Source of the DNA: Octopus sinensis
Lineage: Eukaryota
Assembly: GCF_006345805.1 (NCBI RefSeq)
Contig: NC_042998.1
Location: 73,656,001-73,720,000, forward strand
Length of the DNA stretch: 64,000 nt
Direction of reading: 5' to 3'
The translations under genes and the position numbers were made by a program. Shown piece by piece: positions 51,561-64,000 of the stretch (its first letter is position 1; every line of letters starts with the position of its first letter). The notes beneath the pieces were generated by a model. The model was not told where the DNA came from and searched no databases. It worked only from the letters and a program-made list of their open reading frames with translations.

Positions 51561-52496
51561 TTGCTTTTCTTTGCGCGGTTAAAGTTGCACTCTTATGGAA
51601 ATGAAATACATACCTTAAGTTTCGAAATATTCCTATATAAGAAAATACGCAGCGCAGTGGACAGAGTTACAGAGCTGACACCAACACAATTGAAAAGTGC
51701 TATAAGAACGAGAAAGAAAAGTATTCCTTGCTGTTGCAAGTTGGTAAGCCGAAGTGCGCACTGACTGAGCAGACGTATGAATTAGAGATTTCCGTACGTG
51801 GCGTTCTCTTTTATTTTGACATGATATATCTAGGACTACTTTCTCCACTATATATTTCACATTTAAAAACAGACCGGAGAGATTTGGACACTATTTCCGA
51901 CAAGGTCTTGAGACAACGTTGTATCCAGCGCGTTTATATCGAGGTGGACGATAACATTAGATTAGTGAAATATTGAACTGTACAGTTTCCCGGGCAGGAT
52001 TTTAATGGTCTGTGTTGTCTGATTAGATTAATGTGGATATGTACCACTATATTTCTTTACCAATTTTCTTATATTTTCAAATTAACATTTTAGCATGAAT
52101 TGTTTACGAGATAATTCGGAAACTAAAATATTATTTTTCCTTTCTTTAATTTTCATTTTATAGAAAACTCCATACGGTAAATGTGTTTCATTTAAAATTT
52201 TTTGTTCTTTTTTGTCGGTGACCTTGTAGCAATTGGAGATATAATTGTGAATGTTTAATGTTGCAAATTTCTTGTTCGTGTTGTTTATAACTTGTGTAAA
52301 ATATTCATTGACAATTACGCATCGTGTCAGTCAATTAAGTAGCCTGTCTCTCGATAGATTCTACAACTGATTGAAACATTCTTTCTACAATTTAATTGCT
52401 AACTAAAAAAAACTTAGCTAAAAATGTAAGAAATGGCAGATTAAAATAATATATGTGAATGTATATATATATATGTGTGTCTGTGTGTCTGTGTGT

Positions 52497-52533
<37 letters not shown>

Positions 52534-52694
52534 AAAGTTTGTGTAAATATTTGTTTATGTATATGTATATATGCATATATAGAGAGAGAGAACGCTATAT
52601 ATAGAGAGAAGGAAGATTTATAGACAAAAAGACAGACAGACAGACAGACAGATAGATAGATAGATAGATATATAGATAGATAGATAGATAGATA

Positions 52695-53929
52695 TGTTTC
52701 TTTATTAGCCACACAGGGCTGCACACAGATAGAACAAATTACAAGGTAGAGCTTTTCTTTTGAAGGTTTAAAAATTAAAAAAATTAAAAATAAAAAAAAA
52801 AAATAAAAAAGGGGGGTCGATCAAAAGGGATCGTAAAAGGAGAGAAAGAGGACAAAAAAAATGGGGGGGGGTTAAAAAAAAGGGGGGAAAGGAAAAAATT
52901 GATCAATAGGGATCGTTACACCAGAAATGTCAATATGAAGTGTAAAGGGGAGGACAGGTGAGGTTTACCCGTGGAAAGAAAAGCCTACGGAAAAGACCAC
53001 GGTAACCTCGGTCAATGAAGTCACATGTTACATTTTTTTTTTTTTTTTTTGCAAATAAGCAAACTCTGTATTAATTTTTACGGTTCATAGAATCATAGTC
53101 AGGTGGCTTCGTCATTCATACGTGCCATCTTTTTTTAAAACATTCACTAGACAAAACTTGCCTCTCTACTCTCACTTTTTTTTTCAAGTGATACTTGAAG
53201 AAGTTGATGAGAGATTGACCAGAGAGGAAAGTGTTTGTCTCTAATCCTTTCAGACGCGTCCACCAGATACATTCTTTCGCCATAGCCACAAGTATGATAA
53301 AAATAGCTCTTCCTTCCCGTTTGAAGGAAGGAGGCGTGACGATATTAACGAAGACTCGGTTGATAAACCGACACGTCCCACACGTGACAGCAGTCGTTCG
53401 ACATAAGCCACAGGTGGGAAATTGCTGGACACTGCACGATTGCGTGCAGAGCGGTATCGTCGCTCTGCCCGCATCTCGGGCAGGTCGGCCCCGTGTTTCT
53501 CGAGCCATGCCTATAGAGCTTATCCCGAACGGGTAGCGCTTCTCGGTAGCACCGCCAGGCCAGGGATCTCTGGAAGTTGTCCATAGGTCCCGGGCCGAAA
53601 GTCGTTTGAACAGGCGGGTCAGGTATTCCTCGTCGACGCCCAGATTTGCCCCGAGCTCGTCGTCGTACCTCCCCTCCACTAATCCCCTATAGAATGCTTT
53701 GGTTGTGTTGAAGTCACTCAAGGTCGACCCAGGACGGCAGAGTTGCTTGAGAGCAACGCGACACTCGCGGTGCCATTCGCCCTTCTTCGGCCTCTTTTTG
53801 ATCCACGACTGTAGTTCGGTCATGGAGACGAGTTGCGGGAATGCGTGCCTCACAAACGGCGACCACACCTGTTCACCGTCGTCTACATAGAGCCGGAGAT
53901 GTCGCAGTCTCAGCGCGTGTCTGCGCATC

Positions 53930-53930
<1 letters not shown>
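52695..53930 (-). mobile_element. Tx1-clade LINE, second copy (3' 1.2 kb), inserted in (GATA)n
   Basis: Highly similar to 27524-28850 (CPRCGQSDDTALHAIVQCP, same 3' UTR). (GATA)n at both junctions. Confidence 0.9.
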
Positions 53931-54010
<80 letters not shown>

Positions 54011-54626
54011 CTGATCTGACATACTTGCTTATCTCCACATTTTACTAGCTCAAGTTTAAATATCTTGTGCCCTACTATGTGTATTTTATACGAGATATAT
54101 TTAACTCTCATCTATATATATGTATGTATGTATGTATGTATATGTATGTATATGTATGTATGTATGGATGTATGTATGTACGTACGTATGTATGTATGTA
54201 TATGTGTATGTATGTATGTATGTATGTATGAATGTATGTATGTATGTATGTATGTATGTATGTATGTATGTATGTATGTATGTATGTATGTATGTATGTA
54301 TGTATGTATGCACCAATATGGCCGCAGTCTAATGACTGAAACAAATAAAAGTTTAAGGATAATATATATATTCTTGCACACTCTTTAACTTGTTTCAGTG
54401 ATTTGACTGCGGCCCTTAATCGAAGAAATAGACCTTAGGACTTATTCTTCGTAAGCCTAGTACTTATTTTATCAGTCTCTTTTGCCGAATCGCTAAGTTT
54501 CGGGGACGTACGTTAACACACCAATTCGGTTGTCAAGCTATGGTAGGGGGGACAGACACGGACACACACACACACACACATACACACACAGATATGTACT
54601 TATATATATATATATATTATATATAT

Positions 54627-54830
54627 AAAGTTAATCCAAACAAGAAAGCACAAAAAAACACAACAACGCGAGGACGTGGAACAAATATAGTATTATTGGA
54701 AAGAAGGAGAGAAGGAGGGTTTAACGTTTCGAGCGGAGCTCTTCGTCGGAAACATAGGAGAAGGAAAGATCCAGAGAAGGGAAGACAGAGGAACAAAAAT
54801 CGCCAACGGTACACACGAAATCACATTTTG
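54627..54830 (-). mobile_element. Short hammerhead-bearing element, family B (second copy)
   Basis: Homologous to 49430-49633. Ends tttggattaact-(ta)n. Confidence 0.75.
54719..54753 (-). ncRNA. Minimal hammerhead motif, variant core CCGACGA
   Basis: GUUU-CCGACGA-A-GAGC-UCC-GCUC-GAA-ACGU-U-AAAC. Confidence 0.65.
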
Positions 54831-54944
54831 AAAGACCGGAAAGAAAAGGGTGAAGAAAGTTATTTTCAAAGACAGAAGAGTAGCTCTGTCAAAGACAGGG
54901 GAATGTATGCGTAAGTGTGGATATGTGCGTGCGCGGAGGTCTGC

Positions 54945-55520
54945 GTGTGCGTGTGTGTGTATGTGTGTATGTGTGCAATGATGACACGTGTGTGTGTGTG
55001 TGTGTGTGGTTGTGGTTGTTGAACAAAGCGTGTTTGTGGGGCTAGTAGTGTGAAGGTCGAAGAAGGAGTGGTGCCTTTTGTCTCTACCACAGGTCAGTAC
55101 TGCTACTTTGAAGTATGTGTGCGTGTGTGCTTGTACGTGCGTATGTGTGTATATATTATATGTATAATTGTGGTGGTGTATGTATAATTGTGTGCCGCGT
55201 GTGTATGGGATGCATGTGTGGGTTCATTTGTGTGTGTGTGTGTATGTGTGTATGTGTGCAATGATGACACGTGTGTGTGTGTGTGTGTGTGGTTGTGGTG
55301 TTGAACAAAGCGTGTTTGTGGGGCTAGTAGTGTGAAGGTCGAAGAAGGAGTGGTGCCTTTTGTCTCTACCACAGGTCAGTACTGCTACTTTGAAGTATGT
55401 GTGCGTGTGTGCTTGTACGTGCGTATGTGTGTATATATATATATGTATAATTGTGTGTGTGTATGTATAATTGTGTGCCGTGTGTATGGGATGCATGTGT
55501 GGGTTCATTTGTGTGTGTGT
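54945..55520. repeat. Tandem duplication, about 282-bp unit
   Basis: Anchors are offset by 281-283 bp (caatgatgac 54976/55259, gaacaaagcg 55021/55303). Confidence 0.9.
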
Positions 55521-55669
55521 GTGTATGTGCGTGTACGTGTGCGTTTGTATGTGTGTGTGTAAGCGTATATAGGTGTATATATGTGTATCCGTGGGGTTGT
55601 GAGTTTTGGGTGTGTGCATTCGTGTGCGTGTGTGCGTGGTATGTGCGTATATATAGATATATAATATAC

Positions 55670-55733
<64 letters not shown>

Positions 55734-55910
55734 CATACAACGGGCTTCATCCAGTTTCCGACTACCAAATCCACTCACAAGGCTTTGGTCGGCTCGAGTA
55801 GAAGACACTTGCCTACGGTGCCACGCCGTGGGACTATACCCGGAACCATGTGTTTCGGAAGCAAGCTTCTTACCACACAGCCACACGCCTGCGCCTATAT
55901 ATATATATAT

Positions 55911-55959
<49 letters not shown>

Positions 55960-56589
55960 ACTGCTCAGCTATTGAAAATTATGGCTGTCAGTTAAGCAGC
56001 CAATCTGTCTTTCTATCTATCATATTATTCATAACTTCGTTAATCATCGTTTGCATCATTAATTGTCAGCCAAAGCGTTGTATTTTGTCATCCAGTAACA
56101 CTATTACAAACCTTGACCCAACTGCAACTAAAAAAAAAGGAAGACTTCCCATGATTGCAGTTATTAATTCTATATAAGGAGAAAAGCCTCGAACATATGA
56201 GTCTTGTTAAAATTCTTATTGAAGCAAATATAAACTAACAATAAAAATATTTTGTTCTGGTAAATATTGTTTGAAGTAAAATCAAATTAATAGCAATGGA
56301 AGGCGGTGAATTTAGAAGAAAAACATATAGACACACAAACAATAGTTTAAAGAAAGCTTAGATGTTCGAAAGAATAAACGTAGGAAGAATAAATTTTTGA
56401 GTTTTAAATTTGGTTAAAAAATACTATAAAGTTGTAAATATTCACTGTATTATGAAGGTAAATACAAAAATCTAAAGAATTTTTCGTTATAATTAATATC
56501 ATTATTGAAAAGAATTAACTGCAAAACATATATCGAATAAGATTGTGTTTTGCAAAATTGCGCTAAATCAATAATATCTGCATGCGTAC

Positions 56590-56675
56590 GTGTATATGTG
56601 TCTGTTCGTATACGCGTATATATCTGTCTGTTCGTATACGCGTGTATATGGGTGTGTTCGTATACGCGTGTATAT
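56590..56675. repeat. Minisatellite, about 26-bp unit (gttcgtatacgcgt core) x3
   Basis: Visible three-copy repeat. Confidence 0.85.
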
Positions 56676-57487
56676 GTTTCTGCGTGTGTGTAAACTCCAA
56701 ATTATTATTAAAAACAGTATGTTGTACATTGAAACAAAAGTATTATTTAATCACAAAGGAAACAATATTAAATTAAAACAAAGCATGTGAAAATGAATAC
56801 ATCGTTATACAAATTATTAGAAGGTAGCAATAAAGTAGATAGAAATAAAACAGTAATAAGGTTGTTAAAGTAGAAATTTTAAAAATATGCTGTAAGTTGA
56901 AATAAGGTGCACAAGATAGGAATAATTATTAGGTATGAGAACATGTAAACATTTCGATTAGAGATGGTGAAAAACAAAGTGTAATATAATGAACTAAATT
57001 AATATATATTTAATGAGGCTTAATAAATTAATGTTTTAATAGGAATTTATAGATTGTAAATTCAGTAATTGAATAGAAATAATAAATGCGGAACAATAAT
57101 TAAGTCTTAGTTTAAAACAATTAAATAAATTTAATATAAATGAGTAACTCTAATAGAACCCTAGGTCTAGGTTTATCGGATACTATTGTGTATATTATAT
57201 GCTATATTATAATTTAAGGAAGGCACAATAGTTAAAAAGTAGTTGCTGTAAATGGAAATGTATTGTTCTAGTTGAAGATAATAAATTTCGTGTTGAAAAT
57301 GTATTCCATCTTGATAATGTAATATTACATGGGCTGTAACTGTAATTGGGGAACAAAAAATTTTGAAAAGATTATGGAGATTCGTATTCGTTCTGTCAGT
57401 AATTCGTTGAAGAATGTATAGGCCGACAATAATTTTGAGATCGCATACATTCTATGCAGTTATATGACAAGATGCATAATCATCATC

Positions 57488-57660
57488 AGCACGTCGGGCA
57501 TTTCGTCCGTCTTTACGTTCTGAGTTCAAATTCCGCTGGGGTCAACTTTGTCTTTTATCCTTTAAGAGTCGATAAAATAACTACCAGTTGAACCCTAGGG
57601 TCAACGTAATCGACTTATCCCCTCCACCGAATTTTCTGGTCTCGTGCGAGAATTTGAACT
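57488..57660 (+). mobile_element. SINE S1 (5'-truncated)
   Basis: tttcgtccgtctttacgttctgagttcaaattccgc...taatcgacttatcccctcc. Confidence 0.8.
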
Positions 57661-59861
57661 CCTTATGTCTGAGATCGGCTAGAGCAGTTGAACCCAGACT
57701 AATATCGTTTGTGCACGGTATATTTACTATCAAGTAAAATTATATCAATATCTGTGGTTTTGATGCTTGTGAGCTGGATGTTAACAGGGGACTGTAGGTA
57801 AAGCGTCAGTGATTAAAGTCATAATTTTATGTATCGCATCCGAAGAAAGAGCAGTTTATTTTATGCAGGACAAGTATTGCAGTACTCTAATACGGATTTT
57901 GTATTATTCCAAATAGGTCTGCATTATGTAAACCTTTGGAAATAGTGGAATCTATGTTTTCTGATACTTATCTATGTTAACAGGCTTAATAGACTTGTTT
58001 GATGGGTGTATGATTCTAGTATTGCAGGTATTTAAACTTGTAGTCGGTGGGTATTTACGCCTGTTACTGTGTGCAATATTGGAAGCGATGTTATCTGAGC
58101 ATGAGTAGCTAATCATGACGCTATGAGAATGAAACAGTTTATGATATGAGTGTATCCTTGGAAAATACTTTTTAATTAACGCCAGGAATTTCTGAGCTAT
58201 ATAAGTGGAAATTTCTAGATTGAATGGATTACTTTTCTCTTTCTAACCATCTAAGTGTGGGGGGGGGGGGTGCAGTTAGTTGGTGACGCTACCCAACACC
58301 TTATTAACTTAGTATATATACTAACTTAGTCTATATTAATTTATCGCTAATAACCCTCAACACTGTTCTCGCATTATAGGGGAATGAAAATCTATCTGCT
58401 TGCCGAAAGGCTAAATATTCTGTTGCTTAATGAGACTAGGTTTCTAATTACAGCTGGAGCTAGTTGGAGTTCCTGAGAAATAATCAGTTTCCTCTTTACA
58501 ATTTCTGTAAAGACAGTACTTGCCTCTCTCCAGCTTTAAGGTTATATCTAGGAATACGTTGCTGAAGATAATGATAACAGTTATAGTTAGGCCGAATACT
58601 TTGAAGATATTTACAAGCTTCTCGGAATTATCCATTGCTAGACAACCATCCTTATAGAGATCCAAACAATAGGATGTGCAGAAGAAATTCCATTGCAAGC
58701 CTTGGTCAGGCTGGTCCAGACGAAATATCAGGCTGTGCAAATTCCACACGCCTGTAGAGACCGCAGTCTTCACATGACGGTCACGCAGACTTATTTGTAA
58801 AATGACACCACTGTATCGATTATACCCCGCGGATAAAAATTGTCACAACATATATCATCTTAAAAAGACCCACAAAGTCCTAATGGCGTCCTCTCTGCTC
58901 AACGTCGACCGAAAAGTAAAAAATAACTCACTTTAATACCTAAAACAACCACGTGAGCGAAACTGACAAAGAAAGGCTAAATGCATAGAAGCCATTTCTT
59001 ATTTCTTTTAAATTAATATTAAGCTCTCCCTCACTCTGTTTTCGAACATCTGATATTCCTTACACCCACGAAATTTATAGTAATATGGAATTGATTATTT
59101 CTGTTATATATACTCTTATTCTTGTTGCTTTGTTGTTATTGCTACTGCAATGGTGGTTAGAACCCGAGGCTTCAAGTTGCACATCGCCGGTTAGTCAAAC
59201 ATTAGAAGCAAAAATATTCGTAAATACGTCAATGTATGCTTAGTCATCGATGTGAGTTTTTCACCGAGCAAACGTCATAAAATAAGTCACATATACATCA
59301 ATTCAATCTTCATGCACAGAACAAATAATATATTTATCTATTCTGACGCAAAACACCCTGACATTTTCATGTTTCTAAAATAATATATATATGAAATTTC
59401 GTGAAGACGAATAATGTCGAAATTACAGTTTACATAACTATAGTGTGAAATAATAAACAACGATGTGTGAAGAAGAGCTTGAAAGAAACATCACAGAAGA
59501 TGCATATCTTCCAGTTGTATTTTGAAATGTGATGCAAAGTTCAACTTCTACTACAACTGTTTTATGCAAACTGAATTTATCTAGATTCCATATAGTAGAT
59601 TATATGTGTAAAGCTCCAAGTAAGTAATTGTCTTACAGGTGAATATACTTTGTAATAACAATATTACACGCTGGAATGTTTCACTATGTATCTTACACAT
59701 GTGGTTTAGAACTTCGTTGTCGTAAGCACATAAGGATCTACGGAAAATAGAAATATTTCACATACGTTTCCCAACTCAGGAAACGCAATATTCAATTTTA
59801 GAATCTTAGAAAACCACCCAGAATTGCAGAAACAATCATTGCCACGTGATATCATATGTAT

Positions 59862-59902
<41 letters not shown>

Positions 59903-59946
59903 CATACATATATATATACATATATATACATTATATATATATATAC

Positions 59947-60340
<394 letters not shown>

Positions 60341-60545
60341 ATTATAATGAATATATAATTTTCTGATATTTAAGACACGGAGGCTGTGATTGTCTCACCT
60401 TATTCGGTTCATTCCTATTGTATTTTGAGTTATATAAATACATATATACAAATGTGTGCATTAATACGTTTGCATGTGTGTGCGTATGTGTGTGTGTACA
60501 TTAGCATACATAGATAGATGCATGTATAATTTACACAAAGAATGT

Positions 60546-60591
<46 letters not shown>

Positions 60592-60792
60592 GCATGCATA
60601 TATATAAGCATAGATATATAGTGGAAACATGCGTAGCGCAATTGGATGGAGGATGCCCGAGATCCGAGAAAACACACAGACAGAGAGACATAACGGATTT
60701 CATGTAAGAGATATATTTCGTGTCCGGAATTGGTTCACAGGTACATATCCAAAATATATTTTTTACTCGAAAGTTAATAAATTCTTATGACG

Positions 60793-60839
<47 letters not shown>

Positions 60840-61165
60840 CCATACAAGCACACACACACACGCACACGCACAAACACACACATATATATATACATACATA
60901 CATGCATACACGCACACACATACAAACACTCATATGGAAGTTATGGAATAACAAGGGGAGAGTAATTACGTAAGTAACTTTGGTAGCATACAGTTGCTTC
61001 TGCTATCAGAAGCAATGTAAAGCTGAGTCCTTGGGTGTCACTTACCATTTTCCTTGGAGTTTTTAAATGGATCCTAAGAGCAGGTTATCAGCATCGTTAC
61101 GCATAAGCGAGATCCTAAAAATAATGCCAAACACATAGATAGATGATAGATAGATAGATAAATAA

Positions 61166-61203
<38 letters not shown>

Positions 61204-61831
61204 TCATACATGCATCCATGCATACAGACATACATTCATATATACACGCATGCATATGTATTAAATTATAAGTATATATATATATGTGTGTATGTGTGTG
61301 TGTGTGCGCGTGTGTGTGTGTGCCTGTGTGTATGTGTGTATTAAATTATGCATATTTGTGTTGAGTATTTGTGTGCCTGTGTGTTTTATCTTTTAAATCT
61401 GATGTTCAGCATATATATATATATATATATATATTACAGCGATAAGATTGCGGCATGTATATTCTAAGATTCTCATCAGTGCAAACTGTTCTACCAAAGA
61501 CGGGCATCAGATAGGAAGTGAATGTCTTTAGATGTTGAAATATGATAAGCCGTTGAACTTGTCTCTTTGCCAGTAACAGCTGACAGCTAGTTTGGTTAAT
61601 ATTGCTGCACGCAGGTTGATTTCTACACCGGGAAATATACTTGCTGCCGTTATTCAATCTATCTCAACTTACTTTTTCCTGTTTGTCTGTGTCTATGAAC
61701 TTCTTTGCATGTGCGTGTGTGTGTGTGTGTGTATGAGTGTGTATATATACGTGTGTGTGTATATGTATGTATTATGTAAGTATGTATATACATATAGCTT
61801 ATTTTATTCTTCTCTCTCTCCTATACACACA

Positions 61832-62107
<276 letters not shown>

Positions 62108-62642
62108 ATATATATATAGAGAGAGAGAGGCGGGGAGAAAGAGAGAGAGTGTGCGTGTGTGTGTTTGGTGTGGTGTACAGATATTGAATATTGAGAAAAA
62201 AGGTCGCTATAATTTTGGAAAAAAATCTTTTATAAATTAATATTTGTGCTTTCGTTCGTTTTCGAACTTGTCAAATAGAATTTTGTGAATGCACAATCAG
62301 GCTTTTCATTCCTATAAAACGGATGTTTTTTGAGGGTTTTGTTTAGAAGAGAACATTGGATTTTAATTTTTTTTTTTTTTTTTGAGGTGGTGGTCGAGGT
62401 GAAGTTTCATGACAATGGAGATAGATAGAAAGATAGGTAGGTTGATAGGTTGATAGAAAGATACAAAAACAAAAACAATGTTCTCTTGGAAACAAAATCC
62501 CCCTAATCATGTTTTATATAAATGAACAAGCTGTTCGATACGTTCGCAAAATTCGATTTGACGAGTTCGAGAAACGAGCGAAAGCGCTATAATAATGAAT
62601 AATAAAGATTTTTTGCCAAAGTTCTGGTGGCCTTTTTTCTCA

Positions 62643-62724
<82 letters not shown>

Positions 62725-62765
62725 ATGTATATATATATATATTATATTTATATATTTATATATAG

Positions 62766-62848
<83 letters not shown>

Positions 62849-63039
62849 CAGATAGACAGGCGGATAGATAGACAGTCAACAACTATTGAAAAGGTTGCAA
62901 GATGCAGCAACGATAATTTTAGAAAAAGGAAATGAGTGGAAACTTTACTGGTGAGTGTGTTAAATTATAAGCCACTAAAAGAGAATGACTCTCCCCAGAC
63001 ACAACAGTACACACACAGACACCACACACACACACACAC

Positions 63040-63049
<10 letters not shown>

Positions 63050-63079
<30 letters not shown>

Positions 63080-63500
63080 TATATATACACATAAGGCCCA
63101 CGTGCGTATGTGTGTAATTATGTATTTATATACGTGTACACACATACATGCATACATACAAACAAACATATATACATGCTTCCATACGTACATATATACA
63201 TACACATACACACACATATACACACACATATACATACATGCACACGTACACACGTACACCCATACACACGTACACACACATACATACATACATACGGACA
63301 GACAGACATACCCATACACACATACATACACACATACACACGTACACACACATACATACATGCATACATACATACATACATACATGCATACACACGTACA
63401 TACATACGTACATACATACATACATACATACATACATACATACATACATACATACATACATACATACATACATACATACATACGTACATACATACATGGA
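63050..63500. repeat. (TA)n/(TACA)n/(CA)n compound microsatellite
   Basis: Visible array. Confidence 0.9.
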
Positions 63501-63579
63501 TGCGTACGTAAGAACATACATAGCCTCTACTTCCGTGTTGGCTTATGAAGCACCGTCATATATAATAATAATAATAATA

Positions 63580-64000
63580 ATTGTGTACAGTGCTCAGGTG
63601 CACTACAACTCATCTAAAGTGTATATATAATCAGGTGTAGTTTCGGCGGATTTCGGAAAGCATGAGGGCCTTAAAAGATGCAGTGTCATGGCAGTCAACA
63701 ACTGACGCAGGCAGTTTATTCCATGCTTCAGCAACTCTGAGCGTGAAAAAATGTTTCCGAAAGTCATGGGAGCGTATTGTTTTCTGACTTTGTAGGCATG
63801 TCCACGTGTGTAGACACATGGAGATCAAAAAGGTGTTCAGTGTTGTTGTTGGTGAGGTGGTTGATAACTTTGTGGGTGTTTACCAAGTCCGTCGCCAAAC
63901 GCCGGAGCTTCAGTGAATCCATGCCCAGGGAAACAAGGCGCTCAGAATATGGTAGGTGTCTGATGGAGGGTATGCGTTGGTTGCACGTCTCTGGACAGAT
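63580..64000 (-). mobile_element. CR1-clade LINE 3' end (continues beyond the window)
   Basis: Minus frames SVQRRAT..IPSIRHLPYSERLVSLGMDSL..RRL and FRKHFFTLRVAEAWNKLP. Short 3' UTR followed by a (TTA)n tail. Confidence 0.85.

Larger units (their letters stand above)
54382..55893 (-). mobile_element. SINE S2 whose internal microsatellite is expanded by nested insertions
   Basis: Tail 54382-54560 and head 55735-55893, with about 1.2 kb between them. Confidence 0.75.

Noticed and set aside
56250-57340. Possible old CR1/L2 remnant (DLG.LL-like codons on the minus strand)
   Set aside because: Too decayed and AT-rich to support by eye.
58444-58920. 109-aa ORF and GPDEIS (LINE GPDG-like) on the opposite strand
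   Set aside because: A single short motif with no supporting context.

Overview
AT-rich, repeat-saturated eukaryotic DNA with no host gene that I can support. The SINE families, dense (TA)n/(GATA)n/(TACA)n/(TAA)n arrays and LINE types suggest an octopod cephalopod, which is an inference from repeat recognition. Most listed ORFs are artefacts of simple repeats. Real coding remnants belong to transposable elements: RTE, CR1, two Tx1-clade copies, Dong/R4-clade copies, a Penelope-like (PLE) GIY-YIG remnant, hAT-Charlie, Chapaev3, mariner and a gypsy/Ginger-like integrase. There are also two non-autonomous Helitrons and many tRNA-derived SINEs. The most notable signal is a set of short (about 0.2-0.6 kb) non-coding elements from at least five sequence families. 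They carry type-I hammerhead ribozyme motifs (seven found by eye) and sit in or next to (TA)n or (TAA)n arrays. Three of them have a head-to-head inverted duplication of their own 3' end. This looks like a PLE-dependent, retrozyme-like system. In parallel, three retroelement groups appear to partition the microsatellites: Tx1 in (GATA)n, Dong/R4 in (TAA)n and hammerhead elements mostly in (TA)n. Also notable: one SINE carries a Tx1-like 3' tail, and a roughly 650-bp inverted duplication has a 247-bp perfectly identical core. All alignments and folds were done by eye.
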